Shown here in pieces: positions 42,893 to 53,290 of a stretch of DNA of 64,000 bases. The stretch covers positions 288,001 to 352,000 of the forward strand of contig CAWCAG010000005.1 of assembly GCA_963793425.1 (NCBI GenBank), written 5' to 3'. Below the pieces are notes generated by a model. That model ran no database searches, was not told the origin of the DNA, and saw only the letters and a list, made by a program, of their open reading frames with translations. Numbering within the stretch: the first letter of the stretch is position 1; the number at the start of each line of letters is the position of its first letter. This stretch comes from an uncultured cyanobacterium. Its GTDB lineage: Bacteria; Cyanobacteriota; Cyanobacteriia; Cyanobacteriales; CAWCAG01. The position numbers and the translations under genes were made by a program.

Positions 42893-43405
42893 ATGCCTTT
42901 AGAAAAAGCACAACTTATTTCCCAAGAAGCTTCTAAAATTGAATTCATGTTTAACCCTATGGAATTAGAGTTTAAAGGGGAAGTTGCTACTAATGAAAGT
43001 ACCTCAGCACGCCATAGTAAAAGTGGTACTCCCAAAGTTAGTTTTTCCCACATAGAAGCTTACACAGTTACAATTAGCAATATTATGTTTGATACCTATG
43101 AAGAGGGAACTAATGTTGTCGAAAAGCATATTGATAAATTCAAAGAAGCCGTAACATTTGCTCCAGGAAAAGAACGTCCACCTTTATATACTTTCCAATG
43201 GGGAAGTATTGTTTATTTGCGACGTTGTTTTATTGAACAACTAAGTTACAAATTAACTATGTTTTTAGAAAATGGAACTCCTGTTAGAGCAGTAATTAGT
43301 AGCCTGACCTTAAAAGAAGCAGACGAAGAAGAAGAAAATGCTTCTAACAGTACTTCTGCTCCTTCTCAAAGCCAGCGTCAAGCAGAAAGTAGTAGAAGAG
43401 GTTAA
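42893..43405 (+). CDS. CIS tube-initiator protein (Afp7-like, no LysM)
   Basis: LEKAQL, FMFNP, FDTYE, PP..F.WG, F..NGTPVRA..LTLKE. Confidence 0.85.
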   Translation: MPLEKAQLISQEASKIEFMFNPMELEFKGEVATNESTSARHSKSGTPKVSFSHIEAYTVTISNIMFDTYEEGTNVVEKHIDKFKEAVTFAPGKERPPLYTFQWGSIVYLRRCFIEQLSYKLTMFLENGTPVRAVISSLTLKEADEEEENASNSTSAPSQSQRQAESSRRG

Positions 43406-43478
43406 CTTTTTATAAACTGTGATTACCATTGCAAAGATTTTTAATAGTAGTTAAAGACTTTAATTTTTCGAGGTACTT

Positions 43479-45278
43479 ATGCCCGCAGTTACTCATCGAG
43501 CCGAACCAGTTTTAGAAATAGATGGTCAAAAAGCTTCTGAAAAATTAAAAGAAGACATTTTACAAATCTCTGTAGAAGAGAGCTTGCACTTACCAGGAAT
43601 GTTTACCATTATAGTCAGAAATGCTTATGAACCAGGTCATAGTGAAGATACAGCTTGGGAGCATGAGGGGCTATTTGAAATTGGCAAGAGCATTAAAATT
43701 GGTTTTGGTTCTAGTACCACAGGTTCCGAAGAATTTGATGACGATAATAAAGACTATGTACTAGAAGGAGAAATCACCGCCATTGAAGCTTATTTTACTA
43801 GTGGTGCAGAAGCTCCTATGATCATCAGGGGTTATGATATTTCCCATCGTCTGCATCGGGGAAAATATAACCGTTCTTTCCAGAATATGACAGATAAAGA
43901 TATTGTTAGCAAAATTGCCGGAGAAGTTGGTATTCCCACCAATAAAATAGACGATACGGGAGCTATTGATGGTTATGGGGATATTAATGGCTCTAATGGT
44001 TATGTTTTCCAAAACAACCAAACTAACATGGTCTTTTTACGGGCAAGAGCTGCTCGGAATGGTTTTGAATGTTTTGTTCAAGATGGCAAACTTAACTTTC
44101 GCGAACCCAAATCTGACGAATCTTTAGAATTGCAATGGTTACAAGACTTTAATAGTTTCCGAGTAAGAGTTAATAGTGCTGAACAAGTAAAAGAAGTAGA
44201 AGTAAGAGGTTGGGATTACTCTCGTAAAAAAGCAATTGTTTCTACTAAAAATACTGACCAAGTTATTACTAAAACAGAATACGGTAAGGGGAAAAGCACT
44301 AGTACCGCTTTTCAAGGCAAACCCCCTACCCCGAAAATGGTGGTGGTAGATCAGTCGGTTTTTACGGCCAAAGAAGCTGATAAAATAGCCCAAGCCCTCT
44401 GCAATGAATTAGGGGGTAACTTTGTTCATGCTGATGCTAAAGGAGAGGGCAACGCCTTAATTAGACCGGGTAAAGTGGTTAAGCTAACAGAAATGGGTAA
44501 ATACAATGGCGAGTATTACGTTACTGAAACTCGCCACCTTTTCCAAGATAGAATCTATACCACAGAGTTCAGTGTGCGAGGCTTAAAAGGGCGAGATATT
44601 CTCGATACAATCTCCCCTCCCAATCATTTACAGCCAGGACAAGCACCCTTAATCGGCATTGTCACAGATAACAATGACCCCAACAAATGGGGCAGAGTGC
44701 GGGTCAAATTTCCTACCCTTACAGAAGAACATTCTAGCTATTGGGCTAGGGTTTTAAGCCCTGGGGCAGGAGGAGGAAGAGGTTTAGACTGCTTGCCAGA
44801 AATCAACGATGAGGTTTTAGTTATTTTTGAAAATGGCGACATTCATCGCCCTTGCGTATTGGGTGGTGTTTGGAATGGTACAGATGCCACTCCTGAAGGG
44901 GTAGGAGACTCTGTAGCCGATGGCAAAGTTCGCTTAAGGACTTTCCAAACTCGTACTGGACATAAAGTACAGTTCACAGAAGAAGATAAGGGAGGTAATA
45001 AAAAAGGAATTACCCTAGATACAGTTTACGGTCATAAAATTCAATGCAACGATAGCGAAAAGTTTATTGATATCAAGACTAAATCTGGTCATGAGATTCG
45101 TATGGATGACCAAAAAAATACTATTGAGATTAAAAAAGGTAGTACAAGTATTACCATGCAAACTCAAGCTGGGGCAATTACTATTAAGGGCAATACAATT
45201 ACTTTAGATGCTAAAACTATTACTATTAAAGGGACTGCGGCGGTGAGTGTTCAAGGAGGAGTGATTAAATTAAATTAG
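43479..45278 (+). CDS. VgrG-like spike/hub protein (Afp8-like)
   Basis: SHRLHRG..RSF, GIVTDNNDP..GRVRVKFP, WARV, PEINDEVLV, beta-helix tail. Confidence 0.93.
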   Translation: MPAVTHRAEPVLEIDGQKASEKLKEDILQISVEESLHLPGMFTIIVRNAYEPGHSEDTAWEHEGLFEIGKSIKIGFGSSTTGSEEFDDDNKDYVLEGEITAIEAYFTSGAEAPMIIRGYDISHRLHRGKYNRSFQNMTDKDIVSKIAGEVGIPTNKIDDTGAIDGYGDINGSNGYVFQNNQTNMVFLRARAARNGFECFVQDGKLNFREPKSDESLELQWLQDFNSFRVRVNSAEQVKEVEVRGWDYSRKKAIVSTKNTDQVITKTEYGKGKSTSTAFQGKPPTPKMVVVDQSVFTAKEADKIAQALCNELGGNFVHADAKGEGNALIRPGKVVKLTEMGKYNGEYYVTETRHLFQDRIYTTEFSVRGLKGRDILDTISPPNHLQPGQAPLIGIVTDNNDPNKWGRVRVKFPTLTEEHSSYWARVLSPGAGGGRGLDCLPEINDEVLVIFENGDIHRPCVLGGVWNGTDATPEGVGDSVADGKVRLRTFQTRTGHKVQFTEEDKGGNKKGITLDTVYGHKIQCNDSEKFIDIKTKSGHEIRMDDQKNTIEIKKGSTSITMQTQAGAITIKGNTITLDAKTITIKGTAAVSVQGGVIKLN

Positions 45279-45314
45279 AGATATATAAAGAGCTACTTTT
45301 CTAGGAACAGAGCT

Positions 45315-46199
45315 ATGTCTCTTCTAAACAATGCTATCGAGTCAATACAGGTAGGTGTAGAAGACTATCTTAATCGTGACAAAAAGAGATATCCATCTGC
45401 TGTAAGAAATATTTGTGCGGGGATTCTCCTTCTGTACAAAGAGAAGTTATACCGGCTGTCTCCCTCACATGACAAGGAAGTTTTAATAAAAAAGGATATA
45501 AGGCCAGTTTATGATGACACAAAAAATATCACTTTCATAGGTAAGGGGAAGAAAACAGTAGATGTTTACGAAATAAAAGAAAGATTTAAGAGTTTAGACG
45601 TTGAAGTTGATTGGAAAAAGTTTGAGGAGCTAAATAAACTTCGCAACAATATAGAGCATTACTATACAGATAAATCCCCTGAAGCTATTCGAGAGGTCAT
45701 TGTTAAATCGTTTCTTCTGATTCGAGATTTCATTAGTGAATCCTTAAAAGAAGAACCTATTAACGTTCTTGGAAAGTAATGCTGGCAGGCATTGTTAGAC
45801 ACAACGAATGTATATTCAGACAGAAGAAAAAGCTTGCAGACAAACATTCGAGAAATGTGGTTTTGAACCCCAGGTATTAGAGCAGATTCTAGAAAAAATG
45901 GAGTGTCAGTTTTGTGGTTCAGATTTGATTAAGGCTGAAGATGAATATGACGCTTTTAATTCGTTGATTTGTTGCTCATGTGATAAGCCTCTTGAAATTA
46001 AGGATGCAATAGAAGAAGAAAGGCTGTCATATGATGACTCCGAAACTGAAGGGAGTTTGGCATCCTGCAATAGTTGTGAAAGTACAGACTCTGTAGTAAA
46101 GCTAGACGACAAATGGATTTGCCTTTCCTGCAATACAATTCATGATGAAGCAGGGCCTTGCGGATACTGCCATGAGTTCATTGCAGGAGATTTAAAAGA
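45315..46199 (+). pseudogene. HEPN-motif protein with C-terminal CxxC zinc-finger repeats; internal stop, frameshift and IS1 truncation
   Basis: LRNNIEH (R-X4-H); TAA at 45777; Cys-rich second ORF ends at the IS1 terminus. Confidence 0.6.
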
Positions 46200-46583
46200 G
46201 GCGTTGCTGAATTAAGGGATGAATGAAGTAGGAATGGGAACATCCCAGAATTTGAGATAGTGAATTAGCAATCGGATAGAATGCTTGAGCATTTCTACTG
46301 ACTTGGAATAACATAAGGTCTTACGATGCAAGCGAGCTAAATAGTGTCTCAATCGAGTATTTTCACCTTCTACTCGTGTCATGTAGGTTTTAGAGATAAT
46401 TTGGTCTCCTTCTCGAATAAACTGAGGATAAACACTCCAACCATCGGTGACATAGAAATAACATCGCCCTAGACTTACAATTGCCCATAAAGGTTTAAAA
46501 GTTTCAGCACTATGGTCTCCCAATACCCAACCTAAAATGCCTCTTTGGAAGTGATTGACTGCTGTCCAGAGCCAGATTTTGTT

Positions 46584-46633
46584 GTCTTGGTGCGCGTTCC
46601 CTTGCGTCTTACGCCGACGCGGGGTCGCACCGC
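46584..46633 (-). repeat. 50-bp mini-insertion at the IS1 A-run
   Basis: Core identical to 3712-3755. Confidence 0.85.
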
Positions 46634-46878
46634 TTTTTTGAGCCAACAAATGTTTCAAGTTCATCCAATTCGCCAACTTCAGGTATTGTTTCTGGAGAAT
46701 AGGCATCTGGCAGCAGTTCTCCGACTTGCTTGACCCAGGTTATTATCGTCGTATGATGTACCCCTTTGACTCTTTCTATTCCTCGAAAGCCCATACCGTT
46801 GACATACATTTTGAGACATTCTCTTTTTCTTTCGTCGCTGTAGCCTCTATTGGTTTCACGATTTTCAACAAATTGGCG

Positions 46879-46899
46879 TAGGCAAAGCCCGCCGTAGGC
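46879..46899. repeat. 21-nt SDR-like insertion splitting a HIP1 site
   Basis: GCG-[TAGGCAAAGCCCGCCGTAGGC]-ATCGC. Confidence 0.8.
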
Positions 46900-47026
46900 A
46901 TCGCAATCAACACAAATATGATTTTGTTTACCTCGTCTCTTTCCATTTTTACGAATATGAGTCGAGTTACATTCAGGACACTGCATAAAGATTTAGCTTG
47001 AGTTCATCCCTCTATTATGCAACGCC

Positions 47027-47869
47027 GTTTTTTCTTCTCTATGAAGATATTACCAGTACCAATGACAGGATTTTTGAGCATCTTAATGTTGAACAAACTG
47101 ATTTGGCATAGAGATATCATAATTAGTGCTATTCAAAGATCATTTATTCCTTTGTTTTTTACAGCTTTTTTGTATTATTTATTACAAGAATCGTTTGTAT
47201 TCTGCTGTTTGGCAATTGTTCTACAAGGATTATTTTATGCCCCTTATTTATTAGTCATGGGTGGTATTTTACTAATCAGATTATGTAAATGGTCGAGGGG
47301 CATACCAAGATTTTCTCTTAACCGAGATAACTTATTTATCTGTCTAGCCGGATTAGCTTTAGTATTTATTTTTCTTTTACCCTACGCAATCTCTACTTCT
47401 ACCTTTGGCCCAACTATCTCAGGAGAAGAAGCAAAACTGTTACCAGCATTTCAAGAAGGGGGTAGAAATTCTTTCTTTAATGATAGTTTTTGGACATTCT
47501 GGTTTGTTGCCCATCGTAGCCTTTTCATAGCATTACCATTAAGACCTGTCATTATGTATGCAGGATTTTTACTCCCCATCATTTTACTCAATATAGTCTT
47601 GATGTAAACAAAGTAAAAGAAGTTACTCAAAAGTATGACATAGACTTCTGGCTTTTAGACAAACAGGCTTTCACTACTGAGTATTTAACTAATCCTGCTT
47701 CTAGTACCAGCCGTTGGCTCAATCAATACCAACCAGCGACACAAAAAGCTTTAGAAAATCTCCAAAGGAAGGAAGTTCTGGTACTTGCAGAGCATCAAGA
47801 TGACTGTTCTAAACTCGAAACTCAAGAGCTAATCTTGCTAGATTCTCGCTGTATTCTGCAAACCAAATA
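47027..47869 (+). pseudogene. Fragmented polytopic membrane protein gene, 5' end lost at IS1
   Basis: Hydrophobic ORF 47017-47607 begins inside the IS terminus; further fragments downstream. Confidence 0.55.
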
Positions 47870-47964
47870 AGTCAGGCATTCATTTACCAATTACCTAAGT
47901 AAATCTGCAACTACTTGGGCAGAGAAATTACTAAAAGACCAAGGTTTAAGAGAAGTAATCAAGC

Positions 47965-48168
47965 TTAAAAAAGATTACACATTGCATCAATGACCGCAGC
48001 ATTTAACTGGGTTTTGTTCAAATCTGATTCTATTTCTGGGCTGGGTGATTGCGACTTTGCTGTCATAGCAACTTCTTCGAGTAAACCATCTTTTTGCTCT
48101 TTTTCCTGCCAAAAAATATCTTTATCAGTAGGAAAAAAGGAAGAGTTTGCTGTTGGTGAAATGTTCAT
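47965..48168 (-). CDS. Small hypothetical protein
   Basis: 67-aa ORF with ATG and AGG upstream. Confidence 0.45.
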   Translation of the reverse strand: MNISPTANSSFFPTDKDIFWQEKEQKDGLLEEVAMTAKSQSPSPEIESDLNKTQLNAAVIDAMCNLF

Positions 48169-48382
48169 ATTTTTTACCTAGATAAACTATCTTTAATCTC
48201 TATATTAAGATTATATCTAGCCTATGTCTGCGATCGCGGTCATATACTAGTATGTTTTTGTATCTTAATGTATATCTTAAGTTTGATTTTTGCTTTATAG
48301 AGATACTTAGTATTTTGATACGGAACTCTCAAGGCACTTTCGGGAAAACGTGGAGTCAAGTTTGCAACTCAAGCAATTTCAC

Positions 48383-50086
48383 TTAAGAAGCCATAGCATA
48401 ATCTACTAACTCTAAGAGTTTCTGCCGTAAAGTGGCAAAACCTAGGCGATCGCCAGCCGAGACAAACACCGCTAAGGGAAATTCTTCTGCTGCTTGACTA
48501 ATAATTTCTGCGTTCACTTGGTCAATTTTATTAAAGACAATTAGCATCGGCCCTGGAGTAATAGGCATATCCGCAAGAATACTAGTTACAGAACGGATTT
48601 GACTTTGCCAAGCGGGGTGAGACAAATCTACTAAATGAAGCAGTGCATCAGCTTCCGTAACTTCTTCTAAGGTAGCGCGGAAAGCATTTACCAAGGCTGG
48701 GGGCAACTCTTGAATAAACCCTACTGTATCCGTAAGCAAAATATTACGAGATTGACTCGTTTCTGCCTCAGTAACGGCTAAGCGACGGGTGGTCGGGTCT
48801 AGGGTGGCAAAAAGCTGATCTGCTGTATAAACAGTACCTCCTGTCAGGGCATTGAGGAGAGTAGATTTTCCTGCGTTGGTATAACCAACAATCGCCACTG
48901 TAGGTACTTCTTTTTGTTGTCTACGCTGTCGCAAACGAGAACGATGTGCTTGTAGCTCATTTACCTCTTTTTGCAGCCGTGCCAAACGACGTTGGATACT
49001 ACGACGTTCAGTTTCTAACTTCGTTTCTCCTGGTCCCCTTGTACCAATACCTCCTCCTAAACGAGACATCGCTTGACCGCGACCCGTAAGACGAGGCAAC
49101 ATATATTCTAATTGAGCCAATTCTACCTGCAATTTTCCGGCGCGGGATTGGGCCCGTTGAGCAAAAATATCGAGGATTACTTCTGTCCTATCTACTACCC
49201 GGATACCAATACGAGTTTCTAGGTTACGAACTTGGGCAGGGGATAGATCGCGATCAAAAGCGACTAAATTCGCACCTGATATCTGGGCTGTGAGGGCTAT
49301 TTCTTGTACCTTACCAGAACCAATTACAGTTTGGGGATGAGGGCGAGAACGTTTCTGCTTGATGGTTTCTAAGACTTCTCCCCCAGCAGTATCTACTAAT
49401 CTAACTAATTCCTCCAAACCTCTCTCAAATTGGGGTAAGGACAGCTTTTCGGTCATTAACCCCACTAATACTACCCGTTCTTTGTCTACATCAACATCTT
49501 TTGCGACATATTCACGGCTAAATTCTGCTTCTAAGCCTTCTACAAGATCGAGAAAATCTTGTTTATACAAGGCATCTAAGCTTAAAGGAGGAGATAAATA
49601 CCAACAAGCAATATTACTATCATCATTATTCTGGCGGGGAATAAGGTGGGCTAGATAAGCTTGTTTGAGATAACCAGTTGCCCCTCCGCCCCGGCGCTGG
49701 AAACCTTCACCACTTAAAGGTAATACCACCAAAGCATCTAGTCTTTGTATGGCCATGGCTGTTAAACTCGATTCTTTAGGAATTTCGGATTTAAGCTTGG
49801 TAGCAATACAACGAATACCAGATAATCTCTCAGCACCATAACGAGGTAGTTCTAAAGGAGGGATTTGAGTTTGGTGAGGGCTACCAATACCTACTCTGAT
49901 TACCTGTCCTCGACGATTAATGTAGGTAGAGATCGGTTGCTGTATTTCACTACTAATGGCTCCTAAACGCTGGGCAAATTCTGGCGCAACCAAAAGTTCG
50001 CGAGGGTTGCGCTGATGATAAAGTCGTTGGAGTTGCTTAATCTGATTGGACTTGAGTCCTTTAAGATTACCGTAGATTGTATCGAT
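48383..50086 (-). CDS. hflX: GTPase HflX (probable ATC start; ORF track start 49993)
   Basis: GYTNAGKSTL, LFATLDPT, DTVGF, NKID; conserved DTIYGNLKGLK upstream of the TTG. Confidence 0.93.
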   Translation of the reverse strand: MDTIYGNLKGLKSNQIKQLQRLYHQRNPRELLVAPEFAQRLGAISSEIQQPISTYINRRGQVIRVGIGSPHQTQIPPLELPRYGAERLSGIRCIATKLKSEIPKESSLTAMAIQRLDALVVLPLSGEGFQRRGGGATGYLKQAYLAHLIPRQNNDDSNIACWYLSPPLSLDALYKQDFLDLVEGLEAEFSREYVAKDVDVDKERVVLVGLMTEKLSLPQFERGLEELVRLVDTAGGEVLETIKQKRSRPHPQTVIGSGKVQEIALTAQISGANLVAFDRDLSPAQVRNLETRIGIRVVDRTEVILDIFAQRAQSRAGKLQVELAQLEYMLPRLTGRGQAMSRLGGGIGTRGPGETKLETERRSIQRRLARLQKEVNELQAHRSRLRQRRQQKEVPTVAIVGYTNAGKSTLLNALTGGTVYTADQLFATLDPTTRRLAVTEAETSQSRNILLTDTVGFIQELPPALVNAFRATLEEVTEADALLHLVDLSHPAWQSQIRSVTSILADMPITPGPMLIVFNKIDQVNAEIISQAAEEFPLAVFVSAGDRLGFATLRQKLLELVDYAMAS

Positions 50087-50177
50087 AGGTCTTTAGAGGT
50101 AGAATTAAAGTTTATCTAGTTTAATTTTACTTACAGATAATCAATCTGCAAAAGTTTCTGGTTTAGGAATTACTTTT

Positions 50178-50990
50178 TTAGCTTTTAGACTGAGAAGGTT
50201 GTCGCCATTTAGACCAACCAGTCTCTCGCGAAGGCTTTAAAATCAGGAATTGTGGTAAACGTCCTCCTAACTGAGTTTTCCAGTATCTCCAATATAATTC
50301 TTTAAAAAATCCCGAAAATTCGTGTTCTACATATCTGTACCAAGGAATTTTATTATTATTCCATTCGGTAGGAAACTCGTAAATCCATTTTTCCATAAAA
50401 GGGCCAAATATTTCTGTGGCTTGTTGACGTATTTCCGGCGTAATATAAGAATATTTATCCTTAGATTTACTGGCTGTTTTGTTTGCCATAGGTAAGGGTC
50501 TTTTTTGCTCTATGCCCATTAGGTTAAGAACTTTACTAAAATCCTCTTGAAGATTTTCATATCGAATTACAAAGTCGAAATTTTTATGTTCTAACCTACT
50601 CCAATTGTCATAAGTAAACTTATGGAATTTTTTAAAATAAGTAGGGAAGTCAGCGTCGTTTTCTTCAATAAATTTAAAGCGGCGTAGCTGATAGTCTGGA
50701 ACCCATCCTCCGTTTCTTTTCCAAGTTTTGGGATTAGTAAAGGTATTATTGTGATTCGTCTTATATTTGAAATAGCGAGTCAGCACTATATCTAAAGGAT
50801 TTCTGATAGATGAGAAGACAAAATACTGCTTTTCCTCTTCTGTAGATACTTTCAAAAATTCATGATAGGCAGAATGCTTGTCCAGAACTTTTTGTCCTTC
50901 ATAATTTTCTACAAGTTCATCCCCTAAACTAGAGGAAGCAGTATGAGGAAGCTGAATAAATACGTATTTATAGGTAGAGCTAATAATCAT
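50178..50990 (-). CDS. Sulfotransferase family 2 protein
   Basis: FIQLPHTASSS, IRNPLD, FVIRYENL. Confidence 0.75.
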   Translation of the reverse strand: MIISSTYKYVFIQLPHTASSSLGDELVENYEGQKVLDKHSAYHEFLKVSTEEEKQYFVFSSIRNPLDIVLTRYFKYKTNHNNTFTNPKTWKRNGGWVPDYQLRRFKFIEENDADFPTYFKKFHKFTYDNWSRLEHKNFDFVIRYENLQEDFSKVLNLMGIEQKRPLPMANKTASKSKDKYSYITPEIRQQATEIFGPFMEKWIYEFPTEWNNNKIPWYRYVEHEFSGFFKELYWRYWKTQLGGRLPQFLILKPSRETGWSKWRQPSQSKS

Positions 50991-51126
50991 TAACTTAGCT
51001 TCGGCGCACCGAAAAAAACAACTTAACTGTAGCTAAAGTATATTACATTTACCACAAAGTTTTTATGGGTTAGACAGTAAGAAGTAAGACGTAACAAGCA
51101 AGATTACTTCTTACTTCATTACTTAG

Positions 51127-52290
51127 CTACTTACCCATACCCAATTGTTGAGCCTTTTGATAAACTTTCCCTTCGGTTAATAAAGAGGGAGCAATCACTA
51201 CCTCAACTTGTTGCATTTCTTTGATATTTTTCGCTCCTAAAGTTCCCATACTGGTTTTAAGAGCGCCCAGTAAGTTATGAGTACCGTCATCTAACTTCGC
51301 AGGACCGATGAGAATCTCTTTTAGACTTCCTGTTGTCCCCACGTTAATGCGGGTTCCCCTTGGTAAAACAGGACTTGGAGTAGCCATACCCCAGTGATAA
51401 TCTTGACCAGGAGATTCTGCTGCCCTAGCGATAGGCGAACCAATCATGACTCCATCAGCACCACAAGCGATACATTTACAAATGTCTCCCCCGGTAACGA
51501 TACCACCATCAGCTATTACTGAGACATATTTACCTGTTTCTTGGTAAAAATCATCCCTAGCCGCAGCACAATCGGCGGTTGCTGTTGCTTGGGGAACTCC
51601 TACACCTAAAACACCGCGAGAAGTACAAGCAGCACCAGGACCAATTCCCACTAACACAGCCGCAGCCCCCGCTTTCATTAAGTTAAGGGCAACTTCATAG
51701 GTGACACAGTTTCCTAAAACCACAGGCATAGGCATCTCTCGGCAAAACTGTCCTAAATCTAAAGGTGTGACCGATTCTGGAGACAGATGAGCCGTTGAAA
51801 CTACTGTTGCTTGGATGAAAAGTAAATCAGCTCCAGCAGAGGCGATCGCTTCACCATATTTCATTGCCCCCACAGGAGTGACACTAACAGCAGCAATACC
51901 TCCAGAGTCTTTGATTTCTGTAATTCTTTGCTTAATTAGTTCTGGTTTGATAGATTCAGCATATAGCTCTTGCATCAAACCCACAAACTCGGATTTACCT
52001 ACCCCAGCAATGCGATTCAATACTGGTTTGGGGTCGCTATAGCGAGTTTGGATGCCTTCTAAGTTAAGCACTCCCATGGCTCCTAATTCTGATAGGAGTG
52101 TTGCCATCTTGACATCGACCACACTATCCATAGCGCTAGCAATAATGGGAATATCTCGCTTAATACCACCAATTTCCCAGCTAGTGTCAGCTAAATGGGG
52201 GTCTAATGTTCTTAAACCCGGAACTAAGGCAATTTCATCAATTCCGTAGGCTCGACGAGCAGATTTACCCTGACCAATTAAAATATCCAC
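51127..52290 (-). CDS. guaB: IMP dehydrogenase family protein (GuaB3 type)
   Basis: [21 protein letters not shown]. Confidence 0.92.
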   Translation of the reverse strand: MDILIGQGKSARRAYGIDEIALVPGLRTLDPHLADTSWEIGGIKRDIPIIASAMDSVVDVKMATLLSELGAMGVLNLEGIQTRYSDPKPVLNRIAGVGKSEFVGLMQELYAESIKPELIKQRITEIKDSGGIAAVSVTPVGAMKYGEAIASAGADLLFIQATVVSTAHLSPESVTPLDLGQFCREMPMPVVLGNCVTYEVALNLMKAGAAAVLVGIGPGAACTSRGVLGVGVPQATATADCAAARDDFYQETGKYVSVIADGGIVTGGDICKCIACGADGVMIGSPIARAAESPGQDYHWGMATPSPVLPRGTRINVGTTGSLKEILIGPAKLDDGTHNLLGALKTSMGTLGAKNIKEMQQVEVVIAPSLLTEGKVYQKAQQLGMGK

Positions 52291-52403
52291 GCTTTTTACC
52301 CTATCCCAAATCTATTAGGATAGGCTATCAAATTTTTGCCGAAATTGGGGATAGGGGTCTGGGTTATTTCTATTCTAGTAGTCTGTTAATTGCCAATTAA
52401 AAA

Positions 52404-52490
52404 CGGAGAGGGAGGGATTCGAACCCTCGTTAAAGTTGCCCCTAAACAGCATTTCCAGTGCTGCGCCTTCAACCACTCGGCCACCTCTCC
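52404..52490 (-). tRNA. tRNA-Ser(GGA)
   Basis: Minus-strand GGAGAGGTGGCCGAGTGG..CT-GGA-AA..GTTCGAATCC, long variable arm. Confidence 0.95.
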
Positions 52491-52562
52491 ATGTGACGAT
52501 TGCGATTTACTATGATACAACAAGCTTGCTTCTTTATGGGAAGTTTAGGCTAAAAACTTTTC

Positions 52563-53240
52563 TCAGCTCCCTAACTTTCTCTTACAAGCTAAAGTTAAAC
52601 CATCGGCGATCGCCAACATACTAATAGTTACCCTAGCATCTTTGTGAAGCTTTTCATTTAAAGTACGAATAGCTGAGGTTTGAGGATCTTGGACTTCAGC
52701 ATCGGCAACCTTCCCTCCCCAAAGCACATTATCAATGACAATTATTCCTCCTACTCGTAGCAACTGTAGAGATTTTTCGTAATAAAGATCGTAGTTTCTT
52801 TTGTCAGCATCAATAAAAACGAAATCAAAACTTCCTGCCTCTCCTAAATTCAGGAGTTGTTGCAATGTTTCTAAAGCTGGGGCTAGGCGTAAGTCTATTT
52901 TGTGGCTAACTCCTGCTTGTTGCCAATAACGGTGGGCAATGGCGGTGGATTCTTCGTTAACATCGCAGGCGATTACTTTACCATCAGCAGGTAAAGCTAA
53001 GGCAACACATAAAGAACTATAACCTGTAAATACCCCAATTTCTAAGGTTTTCTTCGCCCCCAATAGTTGCACCAACAAAGCCAGAAATTGACCTTGTTCG
53101 GGGGCTATTTGCATCCTAGCCCCAGGTAGTTGAGCAGTTTCTTGGCGCAGTTGAGTAAGAATTTTGGCTTCCCGCAGGGAAACAGAAAGTAGGTATTGAT
53201 GAAGGCGATCGCTAAGATTTAGGTTTTTATGATTGGTCAT
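52563..53240 (-). CDS. SAM-dependent O-methyltransferase (CCoAOMT-like)
   Basis: LEIGVFTGYS, FIDADK, DNVLW. Confidence 0.92.
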   Translation of the reverse strand: MTNHKNLNLSDRLHQYLLSVSLREAKILTQLRQETAQLPGARMQIAPEQGQFLALLVQLLGAKKTLEIGVFTGYSSLCVALALPADGKVIACDVNEESTAIAHRYWQQAGVSHKIDLRLAPALETLQQLLNLGEAGSFDFVFIDADKRNYDLYYEKSLQLLRVGGIIVIDNVLWGGKVADAEVQDPQTSAIRTLNEKLHKDARVTISMLAIADGLTLACKRKLGS

Positions 53241-53258
53241 TTTCTCTTGGTTTTAACT

Positions 53259-53290
53259 GAATAACCTGGATTTATAAATCCAGGTTATTC
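53259..53290. other. Perfect 32-bp palindrome between divergent genes
   Basis: GAATAACCTGGATTTATAAATCCAGGTTATTC. Confidence 0.7.

Larger units (their letters stand above)
46200..47026 (-). mobile_element. IS1-family element (InsA/InsB) with two internal mini-insertions
   Basis: TIRs GGCGTTGCTGAATTAAGGGATGAA and GGCGTTGCATAATAGAGGGATGAA; CPEC zinc finger; DELETF, TDGW, RVEGEN DDE motifs. Confidence 0.93.

Noticed and set aside
38322..45278. Prophage or T6SS
   Set aside because: No capsid, terminase or integrase and no T6SS membrane complex; the tube/initiator/VgrG set fits an eCIS
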